In this document: piece by piece, positions 1-11,967 of the stretch | How the letters are laid out: every line of letters starts with the position of its first letter | How positions within the stretch are numbered: the first letter of the stretch is position 1 | From: Candidatus Sulfotelmatobacter sp. | GTDB taxonomy: Bacteria > Verrucomicrobiota > Verrucomicrobiia > Limisphaerales > UBA11358 | Direction of reading: 5' to 3' | NCBI GenBank assembly: GCA_035485115.1 | Contig: DATHOG010000219.1 | Location: forward strand, 5,075-69,074 | DNA length: 64,000 nucleotides | Position numbers and translations under genes: made by a program | Notes under the pieces: generated by a model | Databases searched by the model: none | Seen by the model: the letters and a program-made list of their open reading frames with translations, nothing else | Told to the model about the DNA's origin: nothing

Positions 1-91
1 GTGCGCGCCGCCCTTGGCCAGACACACGACGGCGCGCACGGAGTGACGCGCCCTACCTGCCTCATCTGTGCCGAAGTTGTTGGGATTTGCC

Positions 92-490
92 TTACGAAGC
101 TGAAACTTTCACAAGCAGTTCGCTTTTTTCGTTCGTGAGGATATCAAACCGCGGCAAATCGCGCCGGGCGGGACCTTCCGTCACCTTGCCGTCGGCGTCG
201 AAGGTCGAGCCATGGCACGGGCAGTAAAAAGTTTTATCCGCCTCGGCGTCGAGTTTGCATTTCCGATGCGTGCAGATGGATGAGATGGCAAAAAGGTTTG
301 CCCCGCGCCGCACGATGAAAAAACCGAGATCGCGGTAGCGGTCATAAACACCATCCTTCAAATATTGCGCAGCGGAACCGGCATTGATGGTTTTTTCTTC
401 ACCGGAAAAATTCGAACCGCCGGGTGTGGAGGCACACCCGGCGGCGAACGCCGCGCTCAAAAACAGAAAAGTGCGGCGGTTCACATGCAT
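92..490 (-). CDS. Rieske (2Fe-2S) domain protein, exported
   Basis: ORF 92..508; CTHRKC and CPCHGS cluster-binding boxes; N-terminal RRTFLFLSAAFAAGC signal/lipobox-like segment; ATG at 490 (MHVNRR) preferred to the TTG at 508. Confidence 0.8.
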   Translation of the reverse strand: MHVNRRTFLFLSAAFAAGCASTPGGSNFSGEEKTINAGSAAQYLKDGVYDRYRDLGFFIVRRGANLFAISSICTHRKCKLDAEADKTFYCPCHGSTFDADGKVTEGPARRDLPRFDILTNEKSELLVKVSAS

Positions 491-491
491 T

Positions 492-1379
492 TCAAAATTC
501 GAACACAAAGCTGGCCATGACGCCCCAATGCTGGTCTGCCCGGGCAGTGTTGTTCAAGGGAAAAACGAATATGACGCCCGGGCGCGGCTGGATGCCCCAG
601 ATCGTTTTGGTGTTCACGCGCAAACCGACGTCGCCGGTCAGGTTGGTCGCACGCTCATGATTTAATTCAGTTTCGCCTGAAAGTTCGGCGACGGGAATGA
701 TCTTTTCCACGCCGGGAATGGGCAGGGTTTTGTGCGGGATGTCATAACCGAACACGAATCCGTATTCAAAGGTGTTCAGGCCACCATCCGCATCCGGGCC
801 GGCCAGCATTGAAAGGCCGAGGATGGACTGGACGGTGAAGTTGCCGATCTTGGTGTCGTTGAAGATTTTTGGCACGTACTCGGCATCGTGACTCACGGTC
901 GAAGTCGTGGGGATGCCAATTTCAATGCCCGCACCGAAAGCGGTATCAAACAAGTTGTTTTTGGAAACGTATTGGAAAAAGGGAAAACGCGCGCCGATGT
1001 CAACGTTGTCCATGCCGGATGCCGTTTGGCCGCCCGCCACATCGCGCTCGTAAGGGGCCTCGAGTTCGAGCGTCAAGTTGCCAAATCCCCATTCGAGTTC
1101 GGGATGCACAATGTCGCCGTGGTCGCTGCCGCTGGCGGTGTGCAGGTAGTCGACGCGGAATTCGTGGCTCTCCAGATCCGAATCATCCACCACGAACGGC
1201 TCGGGATAAACGCCCTGGCCGTAGCTGCTGCGATGGTCAAGGCCGTTGAAAAGCCCGTAACGCGTGCTGGGCATATTGGTTGGGCTGGCCGTGCTGGCGG
1301 CCGTGTCATCCGCAAAGGTTTTACCGGTGGAAAGAACCGCAACCGCAACCGCGATACCCACGAAACAGATTTTCTTCAT
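492..1379 (-). CDS. Putative outer-membrane beta-barrel protein
   Basis: ORF 492..1397; signal peptide [23 protein letters not shown] from the internal ATG; alternating beta-strand-like sequence; C-terminal FVFEF typical of OM barrels. Confidence 0.55.
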   Translation of the reverse strand: MKKICFVGIAVAVAVLSTGKTFADDTAASTASPTNMPSTRYGLFNGLDHRSSYGQGVYPEPFVVDDSDLESHEFRVDYLHTASGSDHGDIVHPELEWGFGNLTLELEAPYERDVAGGQTASGMDNVDIGARFPFFQYVSKNNLFDTAFGAGIEIGIPTTSTVSHDAEYVPKIFNDTKIGNFTVQSILGLSMLAGPDADGGLNTFEYGFVFGYDIPHKTLPIPGVEKIIPVAELSGETELNHERATNLTGDVGLRVNTKTIWGIQPRPGVIFVFPLNNTARADQHWGVMASFVFEF

Positions 1380-1522
1380 CCGGCAAAGAGTATCCATCTG
1401 CCGTACCCGGCGCTGTCGCGCGGTTGCGAAAGATTAACGGCAGTTTGCAGTGCAAACAACCGGCAAAAATGAGCAAGCCAACCGCAGCGAAGGAAATTGT
1501 TTTTTGTAAAAATCCTGGTGTT

Positions 1523-2332
1523 ATGAAAAACAAAAAGGGATTCACGCTCATCGAGCTTCTCGTCGTCATCGCCATCATCGCGATCCTTGCCGCCATGCTT
1601 TTGCCCGCGCTGGCCAAGGCAAAGGAAAAGGCCCAACGCACCGCGTGTCTCGGCAACTGCCGGCAATGGGGCCTGTCGCTCGACATGTATCTGGACGACA
1701 ACAACCAGGTTTTTCCCGATTTCAGCATCGCCAACAACACCCCCGGCGCGCCAGGCGGCTATGACCAGGACAACATCCACTGGACCGACCTGGCCACGTT
1801 TGCCGCGGGCGGCTACGGCAACAGCGCGTGGTTCAATGCGCTGCCCCAATATGTCTCGCAAAAGCCGTTGTATCAATACGCGGCCAACCCGACGAATTTT
1901 GTGAACGGCAGAAATATCTTCACCTGCCCGGGCGCGGTCTTTCTGGCCGCGGACGGCGTTGACCCGATGGTACGGGTGGCGTTCAGCTACGGAATCAACT
2001 TTAAGGGTACCAACGGCGCGGTTCCCGCCAGCGCGCCGTTCAAGGCCACGGTCGTGCGGCATCCGTCCGCGTTCGTGTTTTATTCGGATGTGCGCGCGAA
2101 TTCCGGCGAGAAGCCGTTCTTTGGCGCGAACCCGCTGAACGATCTTGGCGCGGCGCGCGGTTCGCTGAACCACCTTTCGTCACGCCACAACGCCGGCGGG
2201 AACCTGACTTTTCTCGACGGGCATTCGACGTATTTCAAATACACTTATCTCGCCTATCAGGAAGGTACAAAAATCGGCGATCCGGCTGTGCCTGATGTGA
2301 ACTGGACTTACGACGGCACCGCTTCGCAATAA
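1523..2332 (+). CDS. Prepilin-type N-terminal cleavage/methylation domain protein with H-X9-DG motif (DUF1559-like)
   Basis: In-frame ATG at 1523 gives [30 protein letters not shown]; C-terminal [12 protein letters not shown] matches H-X9-DG; upstream part of ORF 1280..2332 looks non-coding. Confidence 0.85.
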   Translation: MKNKKGFTLIELLVVIAIIAILAAMLLPALAKAKEKAQRTACLGNCRQWGLSLDMYLDDNNQVFPDFSIANNTPGAPGGYDQDNIHWTDLATFAAGGYGNSAWFNALPQYVSQKPLYQYAANPTNFVNGRNIFTCPGAVFLAADGVDPMVRVAFSYGINFKGTNGAVPASAPFKATVVRHPSAFVFYSDVRANSGEKPFFGANPLNDLGAARGSLNHLSSRHNAGGNLTFLDGHSTYFKYTYLAYQEGTKIGDPAVPDVNWTYDGTASQ

Positions 2333-2337
2333 GCCAA

Positions 2338-3306
2338 TCACCACAACCCGGCGAATTTGCCGCCGAAGTGAATCCATAACGGAATCGTCACCAGGCCGAT
2401 GATCGAGGTGCCGAGCGCCACTTGCAACGCGGTCCGCGCATCGCCGCCGTAATGCCTGGCGATGACAATGGGCAGCACGGCCGATGGCATGGCTCCCTGC
2501 AAAACCAGCACACGCTTCAATTCGATGGAGCACGGCAGAAATCTCGCCAGCAGCAAAAATAAAATTGGCAGCAGGCCGAGGCGAACCAGTGAAGCAACGG
2601 CCACGACGCGCAACATCCGGCCGCCGCGCGCTTCGTCCAGATGATCGGCCACGATCGCGCCGATGAGCAGCAGGGCCATTGGAATCGCGCTTTGACCCAG
2701 CCAGTGGATGGCCGTCAGCAACAGGTTGCCGGCAAATGCCAGCGGTATGGGCGGCGTGAACATGGTGCCGATAAAATTGAGCGCCAGCGCGAGCACCAGC
2801 GCGGCGAGCGGGGCGTTCAGGATTTTTCTCCAGCCACCGGCAAAACCGCCGCTCAAGGTGGCGACGCCCAGAATCCACATGGCCATTTCCGTGCCGACAT
2901 TGTGCACGAACAGCACGCCGGTCGTGCGGGTGTCAAATAGCGAGAGGCACAGCGGGATGACGAGGTAAGCGTAGTTTTGCAGGCCGGCGAGATAGGCAAA
3001 GGTCCGTTGTTCGGATTTGGTCTGCAGACCGGCCATCGGTGCGAACAGCCGCGCCAGACCGATGCCAACGGCGACCATGCCGAAGCCGACCAGCGGCGGC
3101 AGCAACAGGTTTTCCGGCTGGCGCAAGGCCGCGTTCCCGAGCACGGAGCCGAAGATGAGCGACGGCAGCAGCAAGTTGATGGTGAGGCGCATCAGGCTGG
3201 CGTCGGCGTCCGCCGTGAGCCAGCCGCGCCGGCGCAGCCACAGGCCGACACCCATCAGGCCGAACACCGGCAGCACCGCCGCCAGCACTGTGAGAAATTC
3301 ATTCAC
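2338..3306 (-). CDS. AEC (auxin efflux carrier) family transporter
   Basis: 322 aa polytopic membrane protein; N-terminus MNEFLTVLAAVLPVFGLMGVGLWLRR and overall ~10-TM layout typical of AEC/malonate-type permeases. Confidence 0.75.
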   Translation of the reverse strand: MNEFLTVLAAVLPVFGLMGVGLWLRRRGWLTADADASLMRLTINLLLPSLIFGSVLGNAALRQPENLLLPPLVGFGMVAVGIGLARLFAPMAGLQTKSEQRTFAYLAGLQNYAYLVIPLCLSLFDTRTTGVLFVHNVGTEMAMWILGVATLSGGFAGGWRKILNAPLAALVLALALNFIGTMFTPPIPLAFAGNLLLTAIHWLGQSAIPMALLLIGAIVADHLDEARGGRMLRVVAVASLVRLGLLPILFLLLARFLPCSIELKRVLVLQGAMPSAVLPIVIARHYGGDARTALQVALGTSIIGLVTIPLWIHFGGKFAGLW

Positions 3307-3395
3307 CGCGGAAATGAAACCAAATTTTCGCGAACCGCGAAATCAAACAAAAAATGCCGGACGATAATCGTCCGGCATCGTGGAGAACTTCAATT

Positions 3396-3578
3396 TCAGG
3401 ACTTCTTGCAGCACTTCGCGCAACCGGCCGCGTCGCCGCAGCATTTGGCGCACGTCGCGGGGTCCTTGCAGCAGCCGCCGTCGCACGCCGTGGCGGCCTT
3501 GCAGGATTTGCAGCTCGCACAACCCGTGTTGAACAACAGCCCGACGGCGCAGACCGCGCCGAGAATCAATAGTTTCAT
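3396..3578 (-). CDS. Small Cys-rich (metallothionein-like) lipoprotein
   Basis: 60 aa; lipobox LFNTG|C; mature 41 aa contains 12 Cys in CxxC/CC clusters; starts 3 nt after the CusA-like stop. Confidence 0.6.
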   Translation of the reverse strand: MKLLILGAVCAVGLLFNTGCASCKSCKAATACDGGCCKDPATCAKCCGDAAGCAKCCKKS

Positions 3579-3580
3579 TT

Positions 3581-6889
<3,309 letters not shown>

Positions 6890-7733
6890 CGATCAATAGG
6901 TTGCCGTGCGTGACCACCTTGTCGCCCTCGTCAAGCCCGTCGAGGACTTCGGCATATTCGTCGCCGATGCGGCCGAGTTTCACGACGCGCGATTCGTAAT
7001 GGCCGTCGCCATGATCCAAATAGGCCAGCGCATCATCGCCACGCAAAATCAAGGCGCTGCGCGGAACGGCGAGCACTTCAGGCGTGGCCGCCCGGATCTG
7101 CGACGCGGCCTGCAGGCCGCTGAAATACGCCTTGCCCGCAAAACCGGGCACTTCGACGGGTGTCTCCAATATCCGCGCTCGAAATTTTGTGCTGCCGCTG
7201 GCCTCATCGAAATTGCGGTCGGCAAAGGTTTGGGTGCCGTGCGATTGGAGTTGCGCCGGATAATTCTTCCCGGGCACGGACGACAGCGTGACCTCCATTT
7301 TTTGGTCGGACTTGAGCCATGGCAGGTCGCGGTCATAGACATCAAACACAAACCAGGTCGACGAGGACGAATTTTTTTCGATAGTACCCAGCACACGGAT
7401 CGTTCGCGTGACGGCGTGCTTCGCGACGATTTCCGACTGCACGTTGACGGCGGAAATGGACGTCTTGTTCAACGAGACGAGATTGGTATCGCTCATCGCC
7501 ATCGCGTCGCCCTCGTAAACCGGCACCAGGTCCATGCCGCAAATGGGGCATTTGCCCGGTTTGTCGGACTTGATCCAGGGGTGCATCGCGCTTTGGTAAT
7601 ACAAGATTTTACGCTCCCCTTTTGCGGGAGCAGCGGGAGACGAGGCTTTCGCCGGATGATTCTTGTAAAGCCAGATCCCGCCACCCGCCGCCAGCAGCAA
7701 AATGACCAGCAACAGTTTTGTTTTCATAACGGC

Positions 7734-7994
7734 TTAGGGTTTGGTGGCTTCGGCAGCCCCGCCACAGCAACCGGGCACGGAGGTCGAAGCCTTGGTTTCC
7801 ACGAACACCGGGACGAGCTTCATGCCGCAGATGGGGCAGTCGCCCGGCTTTTCGGCATGGACCGATGGATGCATTGGACAGGTGTAATAAAGCGGCTTGG
7901 CGGCGGTGTTGGCCGGGGCAACTTGACGACAGGCCACTCCGGCAAAGACGGCGACCAGCAAAACAGACAGGACAAAAATAATTTTCAGTTTCAT
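7734..7994 (-). CDS. Small exported heavy-metal-binding domain protein
   Basis: Internal ATG of ORF 7734..8183 gives an 86 aa protein with a signal peptide, YYTCPMHPSVHAEKPGDCPICGMKLVPV and a C-terminal GCCGG. Confidence 0.7.
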   Translation of the reverse strand: MKLKIIFVLSVLLVAVFAGVACRQVAPANTAAKPLYYTCPMHPSVHAEKPGDCPICGMKLVPVFVETKASTSVPGCCGGAAEATKP

Positions 7995-8148
7995 AAAATT
8001 TCTCGGGTTAAACTTTTCGTTAAGGACAAGCGTGAACGCGAAACAGCGCGGCGACGCAGACGGCGGGAGTTTTTGGGAGCTGAGCGGGTGGAGATTATTC
8101 CCGGGGCACAACGGCACCGGGCACACCACGGGCGTCAGCGGAGAAATC

Positions 8149-8475
8149 TCAGAGGAGCCGGACGCAATTGCGCGCAAAGACATGCGCCGACTGCGCGGTC
8201 AGAAAAATTGAAGAAGCGGGAGCAATCGAGGAAGTCCCGGCGACGGACCAAACCCAAACCACCGTCACCGGGACCGGGGACAAAATCTGTTGTGACGCGG
8301 CGGAGACCGTGGCATCGAACGGGGCACGCTCCGGCGCGGGAGCGGCCTTGCAGCACGGCATCGGACAATTAGCCATGGGGCAGCAGGCGGTTTTGCCCTG
8401 CGCCGGGATTTGCGCGGACACGGCCTGTGCCCAGATGAGCAACAGGCTGCAAACGATGGTCAACGCAATCTTCAT
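8149..8475 (-). CDS. Exported Cys/Met-motif protein (hypothetical, likely metal-related)
   Basis: Signal peptide MKIALTIVCSLLLIWAQAVSA; motif CCPMANCPMPCC; high third-position GC; first gene of the metal operon. Confidence 0.5.
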   Translation of the reverse strand: MKIALTIVCSLLLIWAQAVSAQIPAQGKTACCPMANCPMPCCKAAPAPERAPFDATVSAASQQILSPVPVTVVWVWSVAGTSSIAPASSIFLTAQSAHVFARNCVRLL

Positions 8476-8532
8476 GTCCTAGTTATCGCCCGGCGGGACG
8501 ATTCCCGCCGGACATATTTTGTTTTTTAACCG

Positions 8533-8808
8533 TCAATTTTTGTCGGCGGCGCGGATCTTGGAGATGTATTTATCCGGATTCTTGTCGAAATCTTTTTTGC
8601 AACCTTTGCAACAAAGCTTCACTTCCTGGTCTTTGTAAGTGAATACGTATGGTCCGCCCATGTCGCCGCCCAGTTTATCGCCGGACACGGGGCAGGTCGT
8701 GAGCTTGTCCGGCGTGGGGCTGGTGGCGGCGGAGGCATTGGTGTCCTCGGCGCGCAACGCGAGGCTGGCGGCGAGGAAGAGGGCGGCAATGATGGCTAAG
8801 GTTTTCAT
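8533..8808 (-). CDS. Exported YHS/TRASH-like metal-binding protein
   Basis: 91 aa with signal peptide; CPVSGDKL...KLCCKGCKKDFDKNPDKY resembles YHS/TRASH Cys motifs. Confidence 0.6.
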   Translation of the reverse strand: MKTLAIIAALFLAASLALRAEDTNASAATSPTPDKLTTCPVSGDKLGGDMGGPYVFTYKDQEVKLCCKGCKKDFDKNPDKYISKIRAADKN

Positions 8809-8841
8809 GGTGTGTTTTTGACCGAAACTGGCAAAAAGCGT

Positions 8842-9726
8842 TCAGCCTGCAAGCAAATTATTGCGGGAACGGGCGATTTCCGCCGCGTAACCCTCGCGAA
8901 AGGCTGGAAAAAGGAATCTATATTTCAATTCCGCGAGCAACTTTGCGTTGCTGATGCGTTTGTTGGTCACACCACGCTTGCGCCAGGTTTTTTCATCAGC
9001 GGCGATTTTTGGCGGCAGCGGTTTTTTCAATTCCGCCGCCAGCCATTCAAAAAACTTCAACTGCGACACCGGCTCGCAATCGATGGCGTTGTAAGCCTCG
9101 CCCGGCCGGCCATGTTCCAGGGCGGCGATGATGCAACCGACTACATCGTCGCGATGGATCATGTTGAGAAAACGTGCGCCATCGTTCTCGATGACAGCCT
9201 CGCCGCGCAAAAATTGTTTGAAGGCATGGCCGCGTTCCGGCCCGTAAATCCCCGCCACGCGCAAAACCACCGCGGGAAAACCTTTGTGGGCCGCTGACAG
9301 TAATAATTTTTCCGTTTCGACCAGAACCCGGGCGGTTTCCGCTTCCGGCTCGGTGGGTGATTCTTCATTCACGACCGATCCGTCGTTCTGGGCATAAACG
9401 CTGGTGCTGCTCGTATAGACAAACTTTTTTACCAGCGAACCGGCCAGCCAGGAAACCAAATTGCGATTTCCTTCCACATAAATCCGGCGGTAATCGTCCG
9501 CCCCGCCACCGCCGGACGCGGCGCAATTCACGACCCAGTCAAAATCACGCGGCAAGACGTTGAACGACATCAATTGCGAAATGTCTGCGAGCAGCGGCTT
9601 GATGCCGACGGCCTGCAATGCTTCCGGATTACTGCGCCGCATTCCAAATACTTCGTGTCCGCGCCGCTTCAATTCCACCGCCAGTGGAAGTCCGACATAA
9701 CCGCAGCCGACAACCAGAGCGCGCAT
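8842..9726 (-). CDS. NAD-dependent epimerase/dehydratase (SDR) family protein
   Basis: Internal ATG gives MRALVVGCGYVGLPLAVEL (Rossmann GxGxxG); extended-SDR-like body. Confidence 0.8.
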   Translation of the reverse strand: MRALVVGCGYVGLPLAVELKRRGHEVFGMRRSNPEALQAVGIKPLLADISQLMSFNVLPRDFDWVVNCAASGGGGADDYRRIYVEGNRNLVSWLAGSLVKKFVYTSSTSVYAQNDGSVVNEESPTEPEAETARVLVETEKLLLSAAHKGFPAVVLRVAGIYGPERGHAFKQFLRGEAVIENDGARFLNMIHRDDVVGCIIAALEHGRPGEAYNAIDCEPVSQLKFFEWLAAELKKPLPPKIAADEKTWRKRGVTNKRISNAKLLAELKYRFLFPAFREGYAAEIARSRNNLLAG

Positions 9727-9773
9727 TTTAGACCGGGTTAAGATAAGTGGTGGCCGTTTGTTTCCGATAATTT

Positions 9774-9809
9774 TCTCCCTCACCCCTGCCCTCTCCCGCT
9801 GGGAGAGGA
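9774..9809 (-). repeat. REP-like element copy 1 (CTCTCCCAGCGGGAGAGGG..AGGGGTGAGGGAGA family)
   Basis: Reverse complement matches copies at 52819-52868 and 62608-62657; contains hairpin CTCTCCC-NNN-GGGAGAG. Confidence 0.85.
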
Positions 9810-9817
9810 AGAAACGC

Positions 9818-10020
9818 TGAATCTACGCGCGCGATTTCAGAAGGCAAGAATTAAGCGGAAACAGGCGGAATGATGCGGTAAATCAAGGACTTACGAAGGT
9901 TATGGATGCGAAGGGGTGGTTTCACAAGGTCAGTGGCCTAAACAGGCTGGATTGAAATGGTTTATACCCATTTAGAAGAGGCTTGGCTGCACGTTTAAAG
10001 GTGCCTTTAAGGCAGCTTTT
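9818..10020 (+). repeat. Prophage left end with putative transposase-binding sites
   Basis: TGAATCTACGCGCGCGATTTCAGAAGG (9818-9844), GGTTTCACAAGGTC (9919-9932), ATTGAAATGGTTT (9951-9963), TTTAAAGGTGCCTTTAAGGCAGC (9994-10016); all recur inverted at the right end. Confidence 0.75.
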
Positions 10021-10463
10021 TTAGACCGTCCGGTACCCTTAAACATCTTCGCGGCCAGGGCCATCTCTGTCACCGGATCGGGAGACTTGGCCACAGGCAG
10101 CCGTCCGGCCATTAAGACCGCGTATTCGGCCAACGCGCGCGCAGATTTGGCCTCCTTATAGATTTCATCCCAGTGAATCTTGAAGTGGCTCTGGACCGCC
10201 TGGCCCAGATAGCCGGGCCGGTACCGGATCGCGCCGGTATTGCCCTGCTGAAGCACACCCATGATGACCTTGATGAAAATTTCCTTGTAGCGTTCGGGCG
10301 GCAAGGTCACGCCGCGCTCGTGAAGATATTCAGCCGGCCAAAGCACTACCAGCGCCAGCAACCGAGGCTTGTCTTTGTTGAAGTCCACGGCCTCGCCCAG
10401 GTAGAACTTACGCTGGATCAAATCCAGCAAGTCATCGGTCACCTGTTGTGAGGTCATTTGCAT
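9972..10463 (-). CDS. Phage protein, possible Mor-family middle/late transcription activator
   Basis: Last gene of the early operon, which is Mor's position in Mu. AIRYRPGYLGQAV..KIHWDEI and the C-terminal QPSLF resemble my recollection of Mu Mor (YIPRGQAL..RIWNDF..QPSLL). ATG at 10463 overlaps the upstream stop. Confidence 0.4.
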   Translation of the reverse strand: MQMTSQQVTDDLLDLIQRKFYLGEAVDFNKDKPRLLALVVLWPAEYLHERGVTLPPERYKEIFIKVIMGVLQQGNTGAIRYRPGYLGQAVQSHFKIHWDEIYKEAKSARALAEYAVLMAGRLPVAKSPDPVTEMALAAKMFKGTGRSKKAALKAPLNVQPSLF

Positions 10464-10663
10464 CAGTTTGAGGAAACGCGGACGGGCATGTAATAGAGAT
10501 TCGCGCCATTGTTTCGGCACCATCCGAGCGCAGCCTCGGCCGTGCCGAACTTCATGGTGCGTTCGCGATGCTTGCCGCCCTTTTCGACGATCAACATGGC
10601 GACCGGATTGCCCTCGTTGTAGAACATCGTTTTCGTCTGCCTGACAGGTGCCGGAAATTTCAT
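10463..10663 (-). CDS. Hypothetical phage protein (66 aa)
   Basis: ORF in the early-operon frame series, tightly packed with neighbours. Confidence 0.45.
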   Translation of the reverse strand: MKFPAPVRQTKTMFYNEGNPVAMLIVEKGGKHRERTMKFGTAEAALGWCRNNGANLYYMPVRVSSN

Positions 10664-10667
10664 AGCT

Positions 10668-11381
10668 TTAAAACGGGTTTGGCTTCGTCAATTCTTTCAC
10701 CTGGTCAGCTTCGGCCGGTGGCAATGATGCCAACAAATTACCGCCCGGCTTCTTACAATCTGCACAGTCACATGGCACGTTGGCTTTCGTCTTCATCTCA
10801 TGAAGCGTGTGGCCAGCGGCGACGCGGAAACCGAGCCGCGATTGTTTCCCACGGTAAATCCTCCCGCTGCCATTAAGACATGACGAAAGCGTGTAAACCA
10901 TCTGGTCCAACTGGCTTGGAAATTCCCGCATGGATTTAGTCTTAGCGTCCCATCTGTTGACCGGCTCGGCCGTCAAATCCATCAAGGTCATCCCGCGCCC
11001 CGGCCGGTCAATTTTCCACCAGCGGTTTTTATCCTCCATGATCTTTGTGATGTAGCCTTGAACGTCCTCGACATAAAGCTCCAAGCACGGCACCAGCTCC
11101 GTTAAAATCACATTGCGCAAAACCCGCGCCCGGTTGATGTAGAGATTGTCGGCCTCCTGGGCGGCCTTGATGTTCACGCCGAGCATGGCCTGCAATTCCT
11201 TCATCAGCTTCGTGCATTCTTCGATGCGCTCGATCTCGTCGGCGGTGGCAATTGGCCGGCCAATGATCTCGGAAAATTTAGACAGGCGAAATTCGCGGTC
11301 GCTCTGTTTCCAGCCGCGATCCTTGCAGACCTTGCCCCAGGTCTTCATGATGCTCGTGCGTTGGGCGGTGTTGATGGTCAT
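10668..11381 (-). CDS. Hypothetical phage protein, possibly GemA/gp16-like
   Basis: Internal ATG (MTINTAQ) overlaps the upstream stop (ATGA); position before the Mor-like gene as in Mu; weak resemblance only. Confidence 0.5.
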   Translation of the reverse strand: MTINTAQRTSIMKTWGKVCKDRGWKQSDREFRLSKFSEIIGRPIATADEIERIEECTKLMKELQAMLGVNIKAAQEADNLYINRARVLRNVILTELVPCLELYVEDVQGYITKIMEDKNRWWKIDRPGRGMTLMDLTAEPVNRWDAKTKSMREFPSQLDQMVYTLSSCLNGSGRIYRGKQSRLGFRVAAGHTLHEMKTKANVPCDCADCKKPGGNLLASLPPAEADQVKELTKPNPF

Positions 11382-11701
11382 GGTATTCCTATCAATAATT
11401 TTTTGCAGGTCGGACAATGCAGCCGTTTGATGTGGCCACGGCCGGTGATCTGGGCATTGTTTAAGAAGGCATCCAGATCGAATACAAAGCCACAATGCGA
11501 ACAGGTGTTTTTGATGACGACCTGGCAATCGGTCCAGGCAGAATCCTGCCGCCGGGAAATTTCTTTATCGCGGCGAAGCTGCAAAACTTCGAGTCGTTTC
11601 TCTAGGCGCTTGATAGCATGATGGAGCATACGGTCCGTTTCCCATGGCGAGTGGGTTTTCGCCGCATCAATTACCGTGGTGGTTGCCTCAAGCAATGTCA
11701 T
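11378..11701 (-). CDS. Zinc-ribbon phage protein
   Basis: CSHCG...CPTCKK pair; ATGA coupling at both ends. Confidence 0.5.
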   Translation of the reverse strand: MTLLEATTTVIDAAKTHSPWETDRMLHHAIKRLEKRLEVLQLRRDKEISRRQDSAWTDCQVVIKNTCSHCGFVFDLDAFLNNAQITGRGHIKRLHCPTCKKLLIGIP

Positions 11702-11967
11702 ATCTTCCCTCCGCAGCAACGGCACAAAATTACTGGCTTGGTAAAATGGTAACCACCGCCGCCATACCACTGCATTTTGCTGCCATCAGTTGCAATAGGC
11801 AGACCCATTTGATCCCGCATATAATTAATATCGCGGTCGACGGTCTTAGGGTTCACCTCAAGCATATCGGCCAAAGCCCGACCGGTGACATGCTTGCCAT
11901 CGCTCAAGGCCGCGCAAATCTTTTGCAGCCTCACCACGGTTGGACGATGCGACTTGTGCGAGTTCAT
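11698..11967 (-). CDS. HTH DNA-binding regulator (HTH_11/DeoR-N-like)
   Basis: VTGRALADMLEVNPKTVDRDINYMRDQMGLPI helix-turn-helix; ATGA overlap with the dnaB stop. Confidence 0.6.
   Translation of the reverse strand: MNSHKSHRPTVVRLQKICAALSDGKHVTGRALADMLEVNPKTVDRDINYMRDQMGLPIATDGSKMQWYGGGGYHFTKPVILCRCCGGKI

Noticed and set aside
9774-9809. REP copies at 9.8 kb and 52.8 kb as attL/attR of an integrase-type prophage
   Set aside because: They are in inverted orientation and a third copy lies at 62.6 kb. No integrase gene is present. Transposase-type inverted ends with a short duplication map inside them.
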